64,000 nt of DNA, taken from Candidatus Heimdallarchaeota archaeon. Lineage in GTDB: Archaea; Asgardarchaeota; Heimdallarchaeia; Heimdallarchaeales; Heimdallarchaeaceae. The notes beneath the pieces are model-generated. The model had not been told where the DNA came from, did no database searches, and worked only from the letters and a program-made list of their open reading frames with translations. Location of the stretch: positions 1-64,000 of the forward strand of contig JAHLWR010000008.1 in the NCBI GenBank assembly GCA_019057815.1, read 5' to 3'. Shown here piece by piece: positions 50,931 to 60,921 of the stretch; position 1 is the first letter of the stretch; each line of letters opens with the position of its first letter. A program made the translations under genes and the position numbers.

Positions 50931-52226
50931 ATGGGTGAAGCTCGAGCACATTGGGATATGTTAAACTTAATTCGCCGAGAGAAATTTGACATTATTCTAC
51001 CAAAAGCTATGAAGGAAAATGGAATCGACATGTGGATTCATGTGATGAGAGAAGGAAATCCTGACCCTCTAGCTATTGATTTGGGGGGACATCTTGGTTA
51101 TTTTATTTTTACTGACCGTGGAGATAACAGAATTGAAAGAGCAGTATTAGGTGGTGATGAGCATACACTCAAGAAGAATGGAGCTTATGATATTTTTGGT
51201 TTAGAAGAAGAGCTAAAACAGTTTGTCTCTGAACGTGACCCCAAGCATATTGCTATCAATATATCAGAATGGATTGCTGTTGCTGATGGTCTTTCGCATA
51301 CAGGATACTTAAAATTGGTCAAGGTTCTTGGTGACAAGTATGCAGAAAGGTTAGTTTCAGCTGAACAACTAATAACTGATTTCCGTACGAGAAGAGTAAC
51401 AAGTGAGATTGTAGTTTATGGAAAACTGTGCGAAACAGCAAGACAGCTTCTTGAAAAAGCTTTATCCAATGCAGTTATCACACCTGGAATAACCTCGTTA
51501 GAGGATATAGCTTGGTGGATGGAAGATCAGCTTCTAGTTAGAGGGATGAGCTCTACATTCGAGCTTTGTACGCCAAATATCATCCATTCAGCTAAATCCA
51601 AAGAGTCAGAATATAGGTCTGACCAATACATAATTCAACGAGGTGATTTGTTGCAGTATGACTATGGTATCAGCTTCATGAACCTAGGTACAGATTTTAA
51701 ACGCGTAGCGTATGTTTTACTAGAAGGAGAAATAGCTGTTCCCTCAAGTTTTCAATATGGTTGGGATCAAGCACTGAAAGCTCGTAAAGTTATCCGCAAA
51801 AACATCAAAATAGGTAAAACCGCGGGAGAAACGCTTAAAATCCTAGGTAAAGCTCTGCAAGAGGAGGATTTTGTATATATTCACCTTACAAAGGATCCTA
51901 TGCATGACGGAGGTCCTAGCTTAGAACCGGATGAACATTATAAATATCCAGGAAAAACAGGTATTTCAATAGATTGCCATTGTGTAGGAAATACTGGTAA
52001 TAGCGAAGTTGCATCTGGTCCCTCGATTGCGGGTTTTCGTCCAGATCGGGCTCATGTTGTAATTAAACCAAATAACCTTTTTGCATTTGAATTCGTCGCT
52101 TATACGCCTGTACCAGAATGGGGAGGAAGGAAAATTCGTTTTAATATCGAAGATGATGCAATTGTCACAGAAAATGGCGTTGAGTGGCTCTATCCTCCAA
52201 ACGAAAAGATTCTATTAATTCATTGA
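50931..52226 (+). CDS. M24-family (Xaa-Pro) peptidase-like protein
   Basis: IQRGDLLQYDYG, TDFKR, HCVG, FAFE, IEDD motifs. Confidence 0.85.
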   Translation: MGEARAHWDMLNLIRREKFDIILPKAMKENGIDMWIHVMREGNPDPLAIDLGGHLGYFIFTDRGDNRIERAVLGGDEHTLKKNGAYDIFGLEEELKQFVSERDPKHIAINISEWIAVADGLSHTGYLKLVKVLGDKYAERLVSAEQLITDFRTRRVTSEIVVYGKLCETARQLLEKALSNAVITPGITSLEDIAWWMEDQLLVRGMSSTFELCTPNIIHSAKSKESEYRSDQYIIQRGDLLQYDYGISFMNLGTDFKRVAYVLLEGEIAVPSSFQYGWDQALKARKVIRKNIKIGKTAGETLKILGKALQEEDFVYIHLTKDPMHDGGPSLEPDEHYKYPGKTGISIDCHCVGNTGNSEVASGPSIAGFRPDRAHVVIKPNNLFAFEFVAYTPVPEWGGRKIRFNIEDDAIVTENGVEWLYPPNEKILLIH

Positions 52227-52335
52227 ACTCTGTGAAACTGATTCTCGTGGTTTGGATGATCTATCCATGTGATAATTATGTTAAAAATGGTTTTGGGTTT
52301 GAGGTTACGTTTTTAAACTAACTCGAGATTTTCAG

Positions 52336-53838
52336 ATGAGAGATATTATGGAATTAAATGAAATTCTAGAGAAAATCAAAGCTGATTTCCAAGATATTCA
52401 TCTTAAAGAAATTCAAAGATTCATAAGACAACCTTCAGTTTCTGCTGATGGCAATGGAATTATTGAAACAGCTGAAATGTTAGTTAAGAAAATAGAAAAA
52501 CTTGGAGGAAAAGATGTTCATTTAGCTGATCTATCTGGTGATGATTTTGGTCATCCTTTTGTTTATGGAGAAATCCTTTCTAATGTTTCTAAACCTACTC
52601 TTCTCTTTTACAGTATGTACGATGTTCAACCTGTATTTCCTGAAAATTGGGTCTATGATGATAGGAAAATAGATCCGTTCGGAGCTGAAATTATTGATTT
52701 CGAATGGATACCTGGTTATACAGGAAAATGCCTTATGGGACGCGGAGTCTGTAACCAGAAAGGACCAACAATTGCTTTCTTCAATGTTCTTGATATTTAT
52801 AAGGAACTCTATGGTGAACTTCCTTTCAACATTATCTTTGCTCTCGAAGGTGAAGAAGAATTAGGTTCCACTCATATAGGACCATTCATTGATGAATATA
52901 AAGAAAAACTCAAACGTGCAGAAGTACTACTCTTCCCAGCATTTTGGGAAAATGAAATTGGACGTATAAATATGCCTTTAGGTGTTCGAGGTGTTGTTTC
53001 TTTAAAGCTTAAATGTAAGGGTGGAGAATGGGGAGGACCAACAATTCGAAACCAACACTCTGCAGTGTCAGGAATAATTCAGAGTCCAGTTTTCAAATTG
53101 ATTGAATGTTTAAATGCTTTGAAAAAAGATGAATCTAATGAAATTTTGGTTCCGGGGATAATGGATGATCCTGACATAATAGGTCCTGATGAGGAGGATG
53201 AAGAAGTTATTCAGAACTTCCTAAAAAATCATTCTTTTGAAGAAGAGATGAAAAGAGATGGAAACATCAAAATTTTTCGTATAGATGAAAATGGTCAAGA
53301 GTTGTCAGATAAGGACGCTATCATCGAGATGTTGTTTAAACCAGGAATTTCTATTAATGGAATAGAAGGAGGTTACTACGGAAAGGGGAGTATGACTATA
53401 ATTCCTAAAGAAATTAAAGCTAACCTAGATATACGTTTACCTCCTTTCCAATCAAGAAGTTATGTTATTGAAAAATATAGTAACTTTTTGGACAAGAATT
53501 TTCCGATGGTAGAATATGAATTCGAAAAAGGTGGTTATGAAGCTGGTAAGATTCCCTTTTCCCATCCATTAGCTCAAACAGCTTACAGTATCTATAAAGA
53601 ATTTAATAAAGAAGTGTTAGTTCTTCCTTTACTTGCAGGTTCTGCTCCTTTTGCTCTTTTTCAAAAAAAGTTAGATATTCCCTTTCTTGTCATTGGAATA
53701 GGGCATAGCGGAAGAGCACATTCTCCGTTAGAGTATGCTGTTATTGAATCAAAACAACCTGAAGTCGGAGGTATTATTGATTTTGAGTTGTATTCAGCAA
53801 TGCTGCTAAATAAGCTTAGTAGAGATTTGAAAACCTGA
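52336..53838 (+). CDS. M20-family peptidase/deacylase
   Basis: YDVQP, GRGV..QKG, EGEEELGS, AHSPLE. Confidence 0.88.
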   Translation: MRDIMELNEILEKIKADFQDIHLKEIQRFIRQPSVSADGNGIIETAEMLVKKIEKLGGKDVHLADLSGDDFGHPFVYGEILSNVSKPTLLFYSMYDVQPVFPENWVYDDRKIDPFGAEIIDFEWIPGYTGKCLMGRGVCNQKGPTIAFFNVLDIYKELYGELPFNIIFALEGEEELGSTHIGPFIDEYKEKLKRAEVLLFPAFWENEIGRINMPLGVRGVVSLKLKCKGGEWGGPTIRNQHSAVSGIIQSPVFKLIECLNALKKDESNEILVPGIMDDPDIIGPDEEDEEVIQNFLKNHSFEEEMKRDGNIKIFRIDENGQELSDKDAIIEMLFKPGISINGIEGGYYGKGSMTIIPKEIKANLDIRLPPFQSRSYVIEKYSNFLDKNFPMVEYEFEKGGYEAGKIPFSHPLAQTAYSIYKEFNKEVLVLPLLAGSAPFALFQKKLDIPFLVIGIGHSGRAHSPLEYAVIESKQPEVGGIIDFELYSAMLLNKLSRDLKT

Positions 53839-54327
53839 TATTCATAGCTCAAATCTTTTCACTTTTTCGACAATAAATATAAACTTACATCATATCTTAT
53901 TTAGATGACTTACATGATGAGTAAATGAGGAGAAATCTGTCGGTCGGTTTCTTAATAGCATTACTCGTTTTGAGTTTGCAAAGGAAGTTAACTAATTAAT
54001 TCTTCGATTATAGATTTTTTTCCTTTTTTACTATTGTATAACAAAAAATACCTTGATTGGAGAATAATTATCTTTAGCTTTTATGTCATTAAAATAAGTT
54101 GAAATTATTTATTTTCTTTTAATCACAAATTATTCCTTTTAACTCGAAAGCAAGAATAAAATGAAGAATTACAGTTGTTATAAGAATTTTGAAGGCTTTT
54201 TAGCAGATAAAATACAAAAAGAAATAGAATCTGAAGGAATTGCAAAGGAAAAAGTTAAACGATACTTTTTACATGTTTTTGGTGGAAGCTTAAAATGATA
54301 ATGAGTAAAACGATGCAAACTAAATTT

Positions 54328-55722
54328 TCATAGAGAATTAACTTTAATTAGAAGACCAGGGTCATCTAGTACAAAAATCGTAGCTTCAGAGTTATTTTCC
54401 AATACTCGTTTTACTTCCCTTCTAAGGGCTTTGATCGGACTCTCAGAAGCTTCTTTTATTGGTACAATTCGATTGATAATCAGTTTTTGGCTGTCCATAT
54501 CTGAGATCATCATTATATTGCCATCTCCAATCTTCTTTAAAACTCGCAAAATCTCGACTGGGTTTTGATTACCTATATCAAACGTTTTTTCACTGCAGTA
54601 ATTATCTAAGACGTAATCCAAAGCTTTTTGCGTCGACATGTCTTTACATTCATCCATGATCTTTTCATAATTCTTATTTCCTATCTGTTCTGGACATGGA
54701 GATAAAACGATTATTTGTCCCTCTCCATCTTCTTTGACACCATATGATGCTGCACAAATTCCCTTACCAGTTTGATATAAGTTAATACCCCAGTTTTTCA
54801 ATCCAGTGATGATTAAATCTGCAGGTCTGGGTACTTTTACCGTTCTCATATTTATTATCTGTTCTACTGCTTCTTCATGTAGTTTTACAATATCTCCTGC
54901 ATTTAGGTAAACTATCTCTCCATCTGTTACAATGGCATCAATACCAAAAATATGAACTTGCTCTTTTACAATCTCTACAATGTTCTTTATATCTTGAATA
55001 ACAGGATTGTTTTCAACATTTCCTAGCTTGCATTCAGGAACAAATCCAAACTCTCTATGAAACATTTGCGTGTGATTGATTTTAACAGTTTTTCTACTTG
55101 CTAATCCTGGGCAAATATGTTTGATTGTACCAGCCATTCCAGCAAAATAGTGTAACTCACTATCTGTAAGTGGAATCAGCATAGAGCAACTTTGTACCCA
55201 CTTGTTCAAAAGTATAGGAGTTCCTACTGTACTTTTTCCATATTCAATCATCTCTGAATTATCACAATCATGAGAAACAATGTTATCTTTGAGCAGATCA
55301 GCCATTTTTTCTCCAATAATATTCGAATATTCCTCCTTTCTTGAAATTCTGTGAGTACCTGTTGCAATAAGAATTTTGATATCTTCCTTTCTTAAACCCA
55401 GAGAGAGTAATTTCTTGACTAGAATTGGAATTATCCTTTTAGTGTGAATGTTTGGTCTTGTACTGTCATCCACAGTTATAACAATAGGTTTTCCTCTTTG
55501 AAAAACATCTCTAACTATTGAATCGAAGGATTGATTGTAACCTAGAGGATTTTGAAATGCTTTTTCTAAAGCTTCTTCTGTTGTTCCCTCGTATTGTTTT
55601 TTTTTGGAAAAAACAGGCGATTTGATGACGGTTACTTGCTTTTCTACATATTTAGGAATGAAATTGTCGATTGTTTCTGTTCCCCAACTAATTGGAGTAG
55701 ACAAGTAATCAGAATTCATCAA
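54328..55722 (-). CDS. Lactate racemase LarA-superfamily (nickel-pincer) enzyme
   Basis: DDSTRP, IATGTHR, HDCD, HYFAG..G..K..CPG, NLYQTGK. Confidence 0.85.
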   Translation of the reverse strand: MMNSDYLSTPISWGTETIDNFIPKYVEKQVTVIKSPVFSKKKQYEGTTEEALEKAFQNPLGYNQSFDSIVRDVFQRGKPIVITVDDSTRPNIHTKRIIPILVKKLLSLGLRKEDIKILIATGTHRISRKEEYSNIIGEKMADLLKDNIVSHDCDNSEMIEYGKSTVGTPILLNKWVQSCSMLIPLTDSELHYFAGMAGTIKHICPGLASRKTVKINHTQMFHREFGFVPECKLGNVENNPVIQDIKNIVEIVKEQVHIFGIDAIVTDGEIVYLNAGDIVKLHEEAVEQIINMRTVKVPRPADLIITGLKNWGINLYQTGKGICAASYGVKEDGEGQIIVLSPCPEQIGNKNYEKIMDECKDMSTQKALDYVLDNYCSEKTFDIGNQNPVEILRVLKKIGDGNIMMISDMDSQKLIINRIVPIKEASESPIKALRREVKRVLENNSEATIFVLDDPGLLIKVNSL

Positions 55723-55908
55723 GTAGATTTATTGACTCTATTAATTAAATATTGCTCTGAATTGAATGATTTTTTCTAAATAATGTACAGCAATTTCCTT
55801 AGCTTCTATAGAGACAAATAGTAGTAAAGGTATTTTTGATTCTGATTATCAAGAAAATTTAACATATCTGGTAGAAAATCTTTAAATTAGAATAATGCAA
55901 GTGTTTCT

Positions 55909-56325
55909 GTGAAACAGTTTTCTGAAAAACAATACAATATTTTACTTATTATAATAGCTGCAATAATTGTCGTAGTAGGAAATGTTGTAACCTTTTGGAT
56001 ATTTATCTCAATAGGAACATCAGATTATGTTGTATATTTGGGATGCTTTTTATCAGCGTTTGTTGCAGGTATAGTAGTATCACTTCTATATAAAGGCAAG
56101 TTATTCACTAAATGGATTATTCTAAGTACGATTCTTATTTTAGTTGTTCTATTCCTTATTATGATAATATTTGCGTTTTCCGTAGATGACCAACCCATAT
56201 ATTTCTTAAAAGATTCAATCGATATTTTCGGGTTTATTTTTGCAATTGATGCCTTGATTTATAGTTCAACATTTTTCGCAACATACTATTTAAAGCATAT
56301 AATCATCAAAAAACTAAATGAGTAA
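55909..56325 (+). CDS. Small 4-TM membrane protein
   Basis: Four hydrophobic segments. Confidence 0.65.
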   Translation: MKQFSEKQYNILLIIIAAIIVVVGNVVTFWIFISIGTSDYVVYLGCFLSAFVAGIVVSLLYKGKLFTKWIILSTILILVVLFLIMIIFAFSVDDQPIYFLKDSIDIFGFIFAIDALIYSSTFFATYYLKHIIIKKLNE

Positions 56326-56374
56326 TGTATATTATTTTCATGGACAAATTTAGATTAAATCAACAAAAAGGAAA

Positions 56375-57040
56375 CTATTTTTTACCTTTCCTATAACCTC
56401 TAACTAAAAATATGCAAAATAATGAAAATATTGCCAAGGGATAATTGAAGGGTAGAGAACTTTTACTAGTGTAGATAGTCACAGTGTTAAAAGAGATATC
56501 CATATTTGGAAAACCTATATAAGTAATTTTAATCTCATTTTCAGTTATTTCTATGAGTGATTTACTATGTTCTATACCTGCTACATTACCATAAACCCAA
56601 ATCTTGTACCTCCCTTCTGGAAGCTTGGTCAGATTCTGTTGATTAATTCCAAGCAGGAAATTAGTCGTTCCATTTGTTATTCCAGATTCTATGGTGACAT
56701 CTCTCTCCGCAGGTAACTCATAATACGATAATGGTACTATTTGCAATGATGAATTGTCAAAATCTGCAGACATATTTCCCAAGAAGTGACGAAGCCAACA
56801 ATGGAATGTAATGACAATATCACTTGAGTTAGGATTTAATTTTTTAAAACCAATATCAAACCAAAAATACGAGTAACTAGAATTTGAATCAACATAATAA
56901 TAAGGACACCAAGAGACATCGGTAACTTTTGTGTAAACAAGACTATTATTTTCAAAGTTAGCTGGAACTTCTAGACTTAAGGATACTAAAAGACTTAAAA
57001 TAATAACACAAACAAATGTTTTCTTGAAATAGAAATCCAT
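56375..57040 (-). CDS. Secreted protein with C-terminal TM anchor
   Basis: Signal peptide; terminal hydrophobic helix followed by basic residues. Confidence 0.7.
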   Translation of the reverse strand: MDFYFKKTFVCVIILSLLVSLSLEVPANFENNSLVYTKVTDVSWCPYYYVDSNSSYSYFWFDIGFKKLNPNSSDIVITFHCWLRHFLGNMSADFDNSSLQIVPLSYYELPAERDVTIESGITNGTTNFLLGINQQNLTKLPEGRYKIWVYGNVAGIEHSKSLIEITENEIKITYIGFPNMDISFNTVTIYTSKSSLPFNYPLAIFSLFCIFLVRGYRKGKK

Positions 57041-57188
57041 TTGACTTAGAATAATTTAAACATTAATAAAATTTACTTCAAAAGATATAGTCGTTATGTA
57101 CAAATCATTTACATACACATCAATGTAATCTAAGTTAGATACATCTTTTGCATAGATTTATTAACGTTCGAGAATCCTAATTTGACAT

Positions 57189-59548
57189 ATGTGGGACAGA
57201 TTCAGTAAACCAAGATTTACCAAACATGCAATCATCATATTTCTTGTGATATTTTTTACTCCTTCTCTTATAATCCCCACCAATGTAGTCACTAATAATC
57301 CTTCGACAAATGAAATAATATTAAATCTAACTAAAACAATCAATCTAGAATTATCTACACCTACGGAACTAGAAAGTTTCTTAGATTCTATAATCCCCGA
57401 ACAGCTGACAAACTATTCCATAGCTGGTGCTACTTTTTCTATGGTTAAAGATGGTTCCATATTTTTTGAGAAAGGATATGGTTATGCTAATTCTGTATAT
57501 AAGTCTCCAGTTGTAGCAAATGAGACTCTTTTCAGGATTGGCTCAATTTCGAAGACATTTACTTCGATTGCAGTTTTACAATTAGTAGAAAAGGGATTAC
57601 TAGATTTAGATACAGATATCAATAGCTATCTTTCTGCATTCAAAATACCGGAAACGTATGAAGAATCTATAACTCTTAGACATTTACTAACTCATACAGC
57701 TGGTTTTGAAAGAGCGGTTTTTACAGTAATTCATGCTTATGGTCATTTAATTGAACCTTTAGAAGATTTATTAGCAGAAGGCATGCCAGATAGAGTCTGA
57801 CTACCTGGTGTAATTTCATCATACTCCAACTACGCACGTTATGATACTTGGTTAAAATTGCCAGAGGCTTTCTAACCGTCGTTTGAAGGGGGTTTCACCC
57901 TTGACCCCTCACGTGCGTTGAGGGGTAGTCACGAAGACTTTTCCATTATAGTTAGTGTATCATCACCACGGAGCTAGCTAGGCTCCCTATTTCATAGATA
58001 GTTAACTGAGGGACAACCACTTGTGTAGTTGCGAAACAGAAAAGTGACGATGATCACACTCTCTCTATCTCTGTATTTTTAGATTCATATATAAACCCGT
58101 AGAAAAAAAAGATTTCATTTTTACTCTTCTTCTACATCGTCATTTATGTAGTTAGAACGCGATGGCAGATTTAGCCAACTTTTCTGCACTCAGTGGACGA
58201 CGGTTTCGCTTTAGCAGGTTATATCGTGCAAGAAGTTTCAGGGAAAGATTTTGAACAATACGTGAGTGATGAAATACTAGCTCCTTTAGGAATGAATTCA
58301 AGCACTTTTTTACAACCTCTCCCAAGCAACCTCAATTCGCAAATGTCTTATGGTCATGATGAAAATAATGTTCCAGGTTTTTTTGAATATATCAGCATCC
58401 CCCCTGCTGGATCAGCTAGCTCTACAGCTTCAGATATGGCTAAATTTATGATTACATTATTAAACAATTGTAGTTATAATGGGAACAAAATCCTGGAGAA
58501 CACTTCAGTAGAAATGATGTTAAGTAACCAATTTCTAACTCATGAAAATCTTGCAGGGATTGGTTTAGGTGTTTATGAATTTGATGTGAGTAATCAACGA
58601 ATAATGGGACATGGTGGTGACACTCACTTCTTTCACAGTCGTATGATGCTGTTTCCTGAACTTAACATAGGTATTTTTGCTTCTTACAATAGTGTAGGTG
58701 GATCTATAGCTAGAACTGAACTTTTTAATGAATTTATAGAAGAATATTATCCTTTTTCCAAAGTGGACATAGAACCACTACAAGGATACAAAGGAAGATC
58801 TCGTAGGTTCACTGGGTTTTATGTCTCATCTAGAAGAATCTATTCCGATAAACCCACAGTTGCTGAAAGAGATTATATTGATGAGAGTTTTACTATAACC
58901 ACAAAAAATGGACATCTAATCTATAATGGCTTTCCTGATTTAGAATTTGTAGAAATTGAGCCAAATTACTTTGTGGAATCTACAGGTGAGTATTATCTTG
59001 AAATTGCTTTTATACAAGATAATAAAGGAAGAATAACCCATTTCTACACTAATTTCATAGGATCTCATTATGCTTTTGAAAAAGCTCATTCGCTCTATTT
59101 CGGATCTGAACTTCAATCAGGATTCATAGCTTCAGTTTTAGCATTAACTTTTATTTCATTAGCCTATTGGGGAATTAAAGGTTTAATTGGAGTTTTCAAG
59201 AAGAAAGAGAAAAATCCAAAAATCCAGAAGATAGCGAGATGGAGTTTTCTAGTTAATTTCATTCTTGCTGCAGTAATAGCTATAATGACTACTTTAAAAA
59301 TAAATAAAGATATTCTGCTTGAAATTGATACTGTCGAAGTTTTCAATGGACTACTTGTTTTTCCATTTTTGTATCTTTTAACTGTAATGGTTCTAATAGT
59401 TTTTACATGGTTTGCATGGACTGGAGTGAAAAACATAGAAGAAAAACCTTACTGGAAATTATCTGGGAGAATACACTACTCAATTCTTGTTCTACTCTCC
59501 ATTATTATGATTGGCATATTTGCATCGTGGCATTTCTATTTATTTTAA
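57189..59548 (+). pseudogene. Membrane-anchored serine hydrolase (beta-lactamase-like) disrupted by an in-frame TGA and a 365-bp insert
   Basis: GSISKT (SxxK) and LLTHTAG upstream; DRV*LPGVISSYSNY continues past TGA 57798-57800; after the insert GFALAGYIVQEVSG...GHGGD resumes. Confidence 0.88.
57835..58199 (-). mobile_element. Non-autonomous 365-bp insertion carrying a promoter and structured RNA (E3)
   Basis: ACG duplicated at 57832-57834 / 58200-58202; removal restores TAC GGT (SNY-GFAL); subterminal IR 57848-57863 / 58163-58178 (13/16); minus-strand TTTATATA 58095-58088 with hairpins starting about 58066. Confidence 0.85.
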
Positions 59549-59720
59549 GGAGAAAGATTATAGAAGCAATGAATGATCAACATTTTTCTGCAAGAGAGAA
59601 AGCAGCTAAAGGGTTAGGGAAGATAGGAGATAAACGAGTATTGAACCATTAATAAAGGAATTACTAGGTGAACAACGTACTGATAATAATATGAAGAAAA
59701 CAGTTGCTAGTTCTTGAACA
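59549..59720 (+). pseudogene. HEAT/PBS-lyase repeat fragment
   Basis: IIEAMNDQHFSAREKAAKGLGKIGDKRV then a frameshift to EPLIKELLGE; no proper start. Confidence 0.55.
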
Positions 59721-60033
59721 TCTAATTGTTCATCCAATATTTGAGTTTGAATTTGTATTTTATCCATATGTTTAATTCTATTTTCTGAATATTCAATTAT
59801 TTTGATGAAATTAGCATAAATTAATGAATTCATGGTTATCTTAGAAATCGTCTAGAAGAAGTTATTAGTACTCAGATTAGAACCAATATTGCTCATTTTC
59901 TATAGGTGTTAGTTTGCTTCATTCTTTCAAAAACATAGTCACAGTCACATTCCATTTAATCATAGCTAACTAACACCTCTTAATTCGAAGATTGAATTAA
60001 TGCTTCTGAGATCCTTTTCCTATGTACATTTAT

Positions 60034-60921
60034 TTAGTTTGACAAGATTCTATAATTTCCACTATTTGACTCCCATGTTTTAATGGAATTGTACAAATTA
60101 GTTTGTTTAAAATATTGGATCTCATATGCTAGTCTTAAATATGCAATTAAATCATCATTTTCTAACTTCGTATAGTGAACATTTCTTTTTACTCTAAATA
60201 TGTGTTTACCGAAAATTTCATGATAGCCTATAAGAAGTATTTCAATTAAATCATGTCCATTACAGACATCCCAGGGATCAGATATTTGTTTCTCAGATTT
60301 CTGAATTTCCGAACAGATTTGTGAGTAAGATACTTGAATATTAGTAGAATTTGAAATCACAGAGCTTACCAAATCTTGAATTTTGATTTCAAGCGTTTTT
60401 TTGCTGATAAACTTGCGGAATTTCAATCCTTGAATCTTTAAGAACCAAGCTTTTTTTATTGATAAATATCGAATGTATCCAACGTATCTCGCTGAATTAG
60501 TTATAATTTCTCTAATATTTCTTGTCCCCAAAAATTTTTGAAGTTTAGTTCTATCAGTTTTTTCTGTTAATAATTTTTCAAGAGCGGGTGATTTTAACAT
60601 AAGGGATTCAAAGTCGCAAGTATCTGTTCTTAGAAGATTAGCGCTATTAAATGTAAAACCTAGTAAATAATCTAAATCAGCATCAACTATTGCTAAAGTA
60701 CCTTTAAAATCCCTTTTTCCGAGAATTCTGGTTGTTTTTATTACATTATCTTTACCCCTAATAGATTCAACGTTACATAATGTTGAATCTATGAATTTTT
60801 CAAAAAACCGATAGTCTGTATCACCTTCAACTATTAAGAAACTTCCTTTGAAAGAAGATCTTAACATCATGATTTTATTAGCTAGGATGCTTGGAGAGCT
60901 ATTCATTGCAGGATGTGTCAT
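60034..60921 (-). CDS. DUF4435/TOPRIM-like nuclease (PARIS AriB-like)
   Basis: LIVEGDTD, IVDAD (DxD), DFES, NGHD; overlaps the ATPase stop by 23 bp. Confidence 0.8.
   Translation of the reverse strand: MTHPAMNSSPSILANKIMMLRSSFKGSFLIVEGDTDYRFFEKFIDSTLCNVESIRGKDNVIKTTRILGKRDFKGTLAIVDADLDYLLGFTFNSANLLRTDTCDFESLMLKSPALEKLLTEKTDRTKLQKFLGTRNIREIITNSARYVGYIRYLSIKKAWFLKIQGLKFRKFISKKTLEIKIQDLVSSVISNSTNIQVSYSQICSEIQKSEKQISDPWDVCNGHDLIEILLIGYHEIFGKHIFRVKRNVHYTKLENDDLIAYLRLAYEIQYFKQTNLYNSIKTWESNSGNYRILSN

Noticed and set aside
57798-57800. In-frame TGA as selenocysteine or readthrough
   Set aside because: The position is a non-catalytic DRVxxPG site best explained by CGA>TGA, and the gene is also broken by E3.
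57833-57837. GTGCG (group II intron 5' end) on the minus strand at the E3 junction
   Set aside because: It lies at the wrong end for that orientation; no domain V/VI is recognisable and the insert is short.
57903-57932. CCCCTCA...TGAGGGGTAGTCAC resembling an IS200/IS605 right end or omega-RNA end
   Set aside because: It is internal to E3 rather than at its boundary and no tnpA/tnpB remnant is present; it cannot be fully excluded as the RNA's ancestry.
58005-58075. Hammerhead-ribozyme-like CTGAGGGA-stem-CGAAAC on the + strand of E3
   Set aside because: The core deviates from CUGANGA, stem III pairs poorly on +, and G.U pairs indicate the minus strand is the folded one.
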